Source of the DNA: an uncultured Eubacteriales bacterium
GTDB taxonomy: Bacteria > Bacillota > Clostridia > TANB77 > RGIG9151
Assembly: GCA_964478905.1 (NCBI GenBank)
Contig: CAYZJZ010000009.1
Coordinates: 1 to 18,159, forward strand
Direction: 5' to 3'
Length of the DNA stretch: 18,159 nucleotides
Part shown: positions 13,249-18,159 of the stretch, in pieces
Layout: each line of letters begins with the position of its first letter
Numbering within the stretch: position 1 is the stretch's first letter
The notes under the pieces: generated by a model
The model's database searches: none
What the model was told of the DNA's origin: nothing
The model's input: only the letters and a program-made list of their open reading frames with translations
Made by a program: the position numbers and the translations under genes

Positions 13249-14109
13249 ATGCTTTATTATGAGAGATATTTAGAAGCTGTAAGTTATATTAAAGCGAGAA
13301 TTAAAGAGCCTATTCCTGAAACTGCTATTATTCTTGGAGCTGGATTAGAGAATATTGTTCAAAAAATGGATGATAAAAAGGTTATTCCGTATACTGAAAT
13401 ACCACATTTCTCTACGATTACTTTTGGAGAAAATAATGGCGAGTTGGTATATGGTCATATAAACTATGTGCCTGTTCTTGTAATGAATGGAATAACCAGC
13501 TATTTTGAAGGATATGATATGGAACAAATTACTTTTCCTATAAGAGTTTTTAATAAGTTAGGAGTTAAGAATTTGATACTTACCGGACCTGTTAGTGGGC
13601 TTAATTCAAATTATATGCCGGGAGACTTTATGATTGTAAATGACCATATAAATTTATCCGGTATTTCTCCGCTTTATGGAAAGAACTATAATGAATTTGG
13701 GCCTAGGTTTGTTGATATGAATAATGCTTATGATAAAACTCTTATAAATTTGCTGTATGATATTGCGCGTGAAATTGCTTTACCTATAAATGAGGGGGTA
13801 TATGCGTATATGCCTCAACCTAACTATGAAACGCCTGCTGAAGTTAATATGCTAAGAACTATTGGAGCTGATGTTTCAGGTAGAACTATTGTACCTGAGG
13901 TTATAGTAGCTAAACATTGCGGACTTAGAGTACTGGCTTTAACTTATATAACGAATATGGGAGCGGGAGTATCTAATTATAAGCTTTCGAATGAAGAAAT
14001 TAATGAAAATATTGAGAAAGTGAACGAACAGTTTTATATGGTTATTCAAAAGCTGACTGCATCTCTTTATATAAAAAATCGAAATCATGTCTTAGAATTA
14101 GGGGAGTAA
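13249..14109 (+). CDS. Purine nucleoside phosphorylase family (PunA/PNP-I, trimeric type) homologue with divergent active site
   Basis: The fold-wide match to PunA/human PNP is clear (FPIRVF..LGV..LILT, NDHINLSG, GPRFVDMNNAYD, NYETPAEVNMLRTIGAD, VPEVIVAKHCGLRVLALTYITN). The phosphate-binding positions differ; see findings. Confidence 0.8.
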   Translation: MLYYERYLEAVSYIKARIKEPIPETAIILGAGLENIVQKMDDKKVIPYTEIPHFSTITFGENNGELVYGHINYVPVLVMNGITSYFEGYDMEQITFPIRVFNKLGVKNLILTGPVSGLNSNYMPGDFMIVNDHINLSGISPLYGKNYNEFGPRFVDMNNAYDKTLINLLYDIAREIALPINEGVYAYMPQPNYETPAEVNMLRTIGADVSGRTIVPEVIVAKHCGLRVLALTYITNMGAGVSNYKLSNEEINENIEKVNEQFYMVIQKLTASLYIKNRNHVLELGE

Positions 14110-14110
14110 A

Positions 14111-14881
14111 ATGAATAGTTTGTTTGATTTAAATTCTGAAACTAATAAATATAAGATAAAAATTGAAAATTTTGAAGGACCGCTAGATTTACTATGTCAT
14201 CTTATAGAAAAAAATAAGATGAATATATACGATATTTCTATTAGTGAGATTACGGATCAATATATGGCGTATATTAATTCTATGCAAGAGATGAGTTTGG
14301 AGGTAACCGGAGATTTTTTAATTATGGCGTCTAATTTATTATATATGAAATCTAAGATATTACTTCCTGTTGAAAAAGAAGATGAGGAAAAATCTGAAGA
14401 AGATATGAAGGAAGAACTTATTTTGAGAATTGTTGAATATAAGAAAATAAAGGAGGCTACGGAAAGCTTAAAACTTAATAGTGAAAAGTTTTCTATGTTT
14501 CATTATAAACTTCCGGAAAAGATTACTTTTGAAAAAGTAAAACCTAAACTTGAAAAAGAGTATCCAAATGATTTATTGCCTAATGTTTTTATGAAAATTG
14601 CAACGGAGAATATGAATAAAATAAATCATAGGGCGAGTGATGTAAATAGACTTATTGAAAGTGAAAAAGTTACAGTAAAAAGTAAGATAAAAGATATTTT
14701 AAGAGGAATTTTGAAAAACGGAAAAGTTGTTTTTAATAAAATGTTTAATTTAGAACAAAAAAGTAAAATTGAAGTTATAACTGCTTTTATGGCTATGCTT
14801 GAATTAAATAGAGCATCGCGTGTAAGCATAGAACAAGAATATAATTTTGGGGATATTAATCTTAAGAAAATGAAAGAATAG
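14111..14881 (+). CDS. scpA: Segregation and condensation protein A (kleisin ScpA)
   Basis: N-terminal ScpA motif FEGPLDLLCHLIEKNKMNIYDISISEITDQYMAYI. Followed by scpB. Confidence 0.9.
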   Translation: MNSLFDLNSETNKYKIKIENFEGPLDLLCHLIEKNKMNIYDISISEITDQYMAYINSMQEMSLEVTGDFLIMASNLLYMKSKILLPVEKEDEEKSEEDMKEELILRIVEYKKIKEATESLKLNSEKFSMFHYKLPEKITFEKVKPKLEKEYPNDLLPNVFMKIATENMNKINHRASDVNRLIESEKVTVKSKIKDILRGILKNGKVVFNKMFNLEQKSKIEVITAFMAMLELNRASRVSIEQEYNFGDINLKKMKE

Positions 14882-14883
14882 GA

Positions 14884-15441
14884 ATGATAATAATGTATTT
14901 AGATGAAAAAGAATCAATAATAGAAGCGATGTTGTTTGCAGCTGGTAATGCTGTAAAAATTCAAGATATAGCGGAAATACTTAATATAGATAGTAAAGCT
15001 GTAAAAAAAATTGTGAAAAATATAAATTTGAGGTTTGATGAAGAGAATAGACCTGTTACTATAAGAGAGATAGACAAAGGCTTTCAAATGTGCACAAAGC
15101 CTCAATACCATCAATATATAAGAAAGCTTCAAGAGCAAAAGCCTAAGAAAAATCTTTCACAGTCTGCTATGGAAACTCTTGCTATTATTGCGTACAAACA
15201 ACCGGTAACAAGGATTGAAATTGAAAAGATAAGGGGTGTAAATTCCGATCATGCAGTTTCGACATTGGCGGAGTTCGGTTTAATAGAAGATATTGGACGA
15301 GCTGATTTACCAGGAAGGCCGCTTTTATATTCTACAACTGAAGAATTTTTAAGAAAATTTGGCTATTCGAGTTTGGAAGATTTACCGTCTCTTAATGAGT
15401 TTGGAGTTTCTAATGAGGAAGAATTACCTAAAACGCTATAA
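14884..15441 (+). CDS. scpB: Segregation and condensation protein B (ScpB)
   Basis: IEAMLFAAGNAV.IQDIAEIL, LSQSAMETLAIIAYKQPVTRIEIEKIRGV and PGRPLLYSTTEEFLRKFG are typical ScpB winged-helix motifs. The start could be ATG 14893 rather than 14884. Confidence 0.9.
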   Translation: MIIMYLDEKESIIEAMLFAAGNAVKIQDIAEILNIDSKAVKKIVKNINLRFDEENRPVTIREIDKGFQMCTKPQYHQYIRKLQEQKPKKNLSQSAMETLAIIAYKQPVTRIEIEKIRGVNSDHAVSTLAEFGLIEDIGRADLPGRPLLYSTTEEFLRKFGYSSLEDLPSLNEFGVSNEEELPKTL

Positions 15442-15465
15442 AGAAAAAAGGAAAAATACCGATAT
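15439..15465 (+). promoter_or_regulatory. SigD-like promoter motif TAAA-N15-ACCGATAT upstream of the ytfI/ytfJ-like pair
   Basis: TAAA at 15439-15442 (overlapping the scpB stop), an exactly 15-nt spacer, and ACCGATAT at 15458-15465 (7 of 8 to GCCGATAT). This could be a chance match in AT-rich DNA. Confidence 0.3.
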
Positions 15466-15489
15466 TTAGCATAGTAGAGGAGAGATAAT

Positions 15490-16080
15490 ATGCAAATATT
15501 TCTTATTGTGCTTATATGTTTATTAGCGATTATAGTGGCTTTTGTTTTAACTAATATAAGAGTGTATGCTGAATTTGATAATGTCTCTGATTGTAATAAG
15601 ATAAAACTTAAAGTGTATGCTTTTTCTTTTATTCCTGTTTTTGTTATGAAAAAGGAGATAAAAGGTGAAGGAAAAAAACAAAGTATAAAAGAAAAAATTG
15701 AGATGGTTGTTAATTTTTTAATAAAAAGCAAAGCTGATCCTATTGAGTATGCAAAAAAAGAAGTAAAAAAATCTGATAAAATTCCGAATGTTGTGAAAAA
15801 GTTTGAATTTAATAAGATTTTTTTGGAAAATGCTAATTTAAATCTTTGTTTGGATTTTAATAATGCTGCGTTGTCAGCGATAGGCTCCGGGGCGATAAAC
15901 GCGGTTATAAGTATGGTGTTGGGGAAATATAAAGATAATATAACCGGGCCTGTTACCTATAAGATTTTCCCCGGATATAGCGGAAATGGAGTAAAACTAG
16001 AGGCTTCTGCCAAAATTAGAATAAAAGCTAAATATGTTGTTAAACTATTAATAATGTATATAAAAGAGGGAGGAAAGTAG
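15490..16080 (+). CDS. YtfI-like (DUF2953) sporulation-associated membrane protein
   Basis: N-terminal TM helix and about 190 aa in length. It lies immediately upstream of, and nearly abutting, a YtfJ/GerW homologue, as in the B. subtilis ytfI-ytfJ pair. The call rests mainly on synteny. Confidence 0.55.
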   Translation: MQIFLIVLICLLAIIVAFVLTNIRVYAEFDNVSDCNKIKLKVYAFSFIPVFVMKKEIKGEGKKQSIKEKIEMVVNFLIKSKADPIEYAKKEVKKSDKIPNVVKKFEFNKIFLENANLNLCLDFNNAALSAIGSGAINAVISMVLGKYKDNITGPVTYKIFPGYSGNGVKLEASAKIRIKAKYVVKLLIMYIKEGGK

Positions 16081-16081
16081 T

Positions 16082-16525
16082 ATGAGTAATGAACATCCGA
16101 TAGATAGCTTAATGTCTGCATCTATGAGTAATATTAAAGAAATGGTTGATGTAAATACAATTGTAGGAAATCCTGTAACTGTTCCGGGCGGAACTACGAT
16201 TATTCCTATTTCGAAAGTTTCATTTGGATTTGCTGCCGGAGGTAGCGAATTTGGAAACGCAACAGAAAAACAATTGCCGTTTGGCGGAGGAAGTGGTGCA
16301 GGGGTTACTATACATCCTGTCGGCTTTTTAGTTGCATCAAGTGACCAAGTTAAGTTTATTCCTGCTGATCAACCGTCTGTTACGGACAAGTTGGTTGATT
16401 ATATCCCTGAATTGTTGAATAAATTGCAGGAATTGATTTCTAAAGATGATGAAAAAAATAAAAATGAGAAAAAGTATGAAGGTAAAAATGGAGCAGTATA
16501 TGTTTCAGAAGATATAGAGAGCTAG
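16082..16525 (+). CDS. GerW/YtfJ family sporulation protein
   Basis: Characteristic core IKEMVDVNTIVGNPVTVPGGTTIIPISKVSFGFAAGGSEF...PFGGGSGAGVTIHPVGFLV. Confidence 0.8.
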   Translation: MSNEHPIDSLMSASMSNIKEMVDVNTIVGNPVTVPGGTTIIPISKVSFGFAAGGSEFGNATEKQLPFGGGSGAGVTIHPVGFLVASSDQVKFIPADQPSVTDKLVDYIPELLNKLQELISKDDEKNKNEKKYEGKNGAVYVSEDIES

Positions 16526-16626
16526 GAGTAAGTTCAATTTATAACTAAACTTTCTATAATTAAAATTTGGGAATAAAATTTTTTTGTTATAAGCTCGAAT
16601 GCCATGAAAAAGATTTTTTGATTTTG

Positions 16627-16670
16627 TCAGCTATTTTCTACTGTTGGTAGATTATAGCTGATTTTGCTTT
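16627..16670 (+). terminator. Rho-independent terminator after the ytfJ-like gene
   Basis: TCAGCTATTTTCTAC (16627-16641) pairs with GTAGATTATAGCTGA (16647-16661), with a 2-nt internal mismatch and a 5-nt loop. TTTTGCTTT follows. Confidence 0.75.
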
Positions 16671-16726
16671 CTAAGTTATTTATTGGTTTTAAGTAATATT
16701 TTCTAATAAATATTTTCTTAAATGAC

Positions 16727-16755
16727 TTGCAAATGTTATTTTAAAAAAGTAGAAT
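16727..16755 (+). promoter_or_regulatory. SigA-type promoter TTGCAA-17-TAGAAT for the orphan two-gene module
   Basis: TTGCAA at 16727-16732, a 17-nt spacer, and TAGAAT at 16750-16755, which is 25 nt before ATG 16780. AAAGGATGGG RBS follows. Confidence 0.6.
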
Positions 16756-16779
16756 ATATATTGAAAGGATGGGATAACT

Positions 16780-17430
16780 ATGCTTGCTACACAAGATAAA
16801 ACTTTGGAAAATACTGTTGAGGAAAATGTTCTTACGTTCTATGAGAAAATTAAAATAAAAAATAACTTGGAGTCGTTATTTAGTCATTATTCTGGTTCGT
16901 ACGTATTTATTGAGGTTAATCCTTGGAAAGAGGAGTACATAATTCGTGGAAAATTCCATGTTAAGTTTGGAATATTTGCTAAATTTGAGATGACTTTTGA
17001 TGGTATTGAAAAATTACGTAAGTATTCGGAATTTATAGAGTCATTGGCGTTTTTGAAGAATGCTTGTGATGAAGTAATAACTCCTATTTTAGATGATAAG
17101 GGTAATCTTACTTTTTTATTTGATAATGAATCTGTTAACGAAAAGAATATAATGGATATTTTAGATAATGTTAAGAGTACTAAAGAGACTGAGCTAAAGT
17201 CTGCTAATTCTGAGATAGAGTCTTTGTATGAGGCTATTGATGAGGTTGATAATAAAATAAAGGATAGGAAACTTCAAATAAAAAATATGGAAAGTAAAAT
17301 ACGTGAAGTAAAAGAAGCTACTTCTAATATTTTTTCTGCTATGCGTTATATAGCTATTACTCATGAGAATTCTATTGTAAATAGGATTAAGAGAGTATTT
17401 AAGAAAGAACAGCTAAAGTTGAATGCGTAG
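16780..17430 (+). CDS. Hypothetical protein: about 115-aa globular N-domain plus C-terminal coiled coil
   Basis: Long ORF with its own promoter and RBS. Heptad-like K/E/I-rich C-terminal half (SEIESLYEAIDEVDNKIKDRKLQIKNMESKIREVKE). I recognise no family. Confidence 0.6.
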   Translation: MLATQDKTLENTVEENVLTFYEKIKIKNNLESLFSHYSGSYVFIEVNPWKEEYIIRGKFHVKFGIFAKFEMTFDGIEKLRKYSEFIESLAFLKNACDEVITPILDDKGNLTFLFDNESVNEKNIMDILDNVKSTKETELKSANSEIESLYEAIDEVDNKIKDRKLQIKNMESKIREVKEATSNIFSAMRYIAITHENSIVNRIKRVFKKEQLKLNA

Positions 17431-17442
17431 GAGGATAGAGGG

Positions 17443-18159
17443 ATGAAGAGTAAACGTAATGAAATATATGAATTAAAAGAAAGTATATATTCTGCAAACA
17501 TTGAAAAGAGTAAACTTAAAGAAAAGCTTTTTTCACTAAATGAAATGGCTAAGAAGGTTGAAGAAGGATATAATTCGTATAAAGAGGTAAGCGATAGGGT
17601 CGATAAAATAAAAAGTATAAAAGATGTAATGAGTTTTAAAAATGTTGTATTAAAAAGTAAGATTCCTGTAAAACGTGCTAATTCTGCTAAAAATATGGTT
17701 TATAAAACTGTGGATAGTGCTCCTACTCCTGAGTTTGTTGCTTCTACTGAGTTAAAGGATTCTTTTAATAAATTACATTATAACGACAAAATGACGTTGG
17801 AAGATGCTAAAACTTATACTCAAACTGATTGTAAAGAGATACTCAGTAAAAATACTTCGAGTTCTGCTATTACTTTATATGCGGCACTAAGTGATACGAA
17901 TAAATATGAACTTCAAACTAAGTTTTGTGAAACTATGATTGTCGGATATCCAAGTGTAGAAAAACTTAGAGAAAAGATTTCAACTGAAAGTGATTTGCTA
18001 GTTATAGAGCTTGCTAAGAATTCTCATTATATACCGGTTATGACTTCAAATGGTGAGTTTTGTGCTCTAATTGGCGGAGATATGGATATTATGTATAAAG
18101 AAAAAATAAATACCGGCAAGGAAAATATTGATGTTTGGTATGCAAAAAGAAAGGGTTAA
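17443..18159 (+). CDS. Hypothetical protein: N-terminal coiled coil plus about 140-aa globular C-domain
   Basis: GGAGGATAGAGGG RBS and a 12-nt gap from the upstream gene. N-terminus is coiled-coil-like (NEIYELKESIYSANIEKSKLKEKLFSLNEMAKKVEE). I recognise no family. The stop codon is the last triplet of the window. Confidence 0.6.
   Translation: MKSKRNEIYELKESIYSANIEKSKLKEKLFSLNEMAKKVEEGYNSYKEVSDRVDKIKSIKDVMSFKNVVLKSKIPVKRANSAKNMVYKTVDSAPTPEFVASTELKDSFNKLHYNDKMTLEDAKTYTQTDCKEILSKNTSSSAITLYAALSDTNKYELQTKFCETMIVGYPSVEKLREKISTESDLLVIELAKNSHYIPVMTSNGEFCALIGGDMDIMYKEKINTGKENIDVWYAKRKG

Noticed and set aside
77-15138. Fifteen further short minus-strand ORFs of 60-101 aa (77-280, 2127-2399, 2699-2905, 5713-5916, 6507-6695, 7552-7842, 7954-8142, 8216-8449, 8729-8968, 9592-9837, 10457-10684, 10894-11199, 13345-13527, 14626-14829, 14914-15138)
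   Set aside because: Each is embedded antisense in a longer + strand CDS with clear homology (9592-9837 also runs about 40 nt past the flgE stop). Such ORFs are expected by chance in AT-rich coding DNA. None has a convincing SD or a recognisable motif.
15470-15476. CATAGTA, resembling a forespore sigma (SigG/SigF-type) -10 element, upstream of the ytfI-like gene
   Set aside because: No acceptable -35 (GnATA/GCATA type) lies at 15-18 nt spacing. A single heptamer in AT-rich DNA is not sufficient. It is mentioned only as an alternative in the finding at 15439-15465.
15363-15731. 122-aa ORF on the minus strand spanning the scpB end and the ytfI-like start
   Set aside because: It is antisense to two well-supported + strand genes and crosses their intergenic RBS. 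The product is a low-complexity Phe/Ile/Ser-rich sequence, and no RBS or promoter is visible.
1-18159. Search for mobile elements, CRISPR arrays, tRNA/rRNA genes, toxin-antitoxin pairs or known defence genes
   Set aside because: I saw no transposase, integrase, recombinase or Cas motifs. I saw no terminal inverted or direct repeats flanking a block, no cloverleaf-like tRNA sequences, and no repeat-spacer periodicity in any intergenic region. By eye, base composition shows no obvious island boundary.

Overview
AT-rich (about 30% GC by eye) Firmicutes/Clostridia-type chromosomal segment. I support 21 genes, 19 on the + strand. Order: TrmR/YrrM-like O-methyltransferase; U32 peptidase (TrhP/YrrO type); membrane-anchored beta-propeller-like protein; an unusually short WhiA; polysaccharide deacetylase; (minus) a LysM YneA-like gene behind two LexA (Cheo) boxes; (minus) an orphan 77-aa gene; a hook-only flagellar cassette fliK-flgD-TIGR02530-flgE; a triple-SLH cell-wall protein; recA-recX; a PNP-family protein whose phosphate-site residues look substituted; scpA-scpB; ytfI/ytfJ(gerW)-like sporulation pair; and two orphan coiled-coil genes at the 3' edge. 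I found no rRNA, tRNA, CRISPR array, transposase, integrase or recognisable defence or toxin-antitoxin genes, so this is mostly housekeeping context. The items most worth a second look are the orphan two-gene coiled-coil module (16780-18159), the degenerate PNP homologue, the single-LAGLIDADG mini-WhiA, the detached hook cassette behind a SigD-type -10 box, and a CGAAAAWWTTTTCG palindrome at the same position upstream of both SOS promoters. All family calls rest on motif recognition from memory, not database searches.
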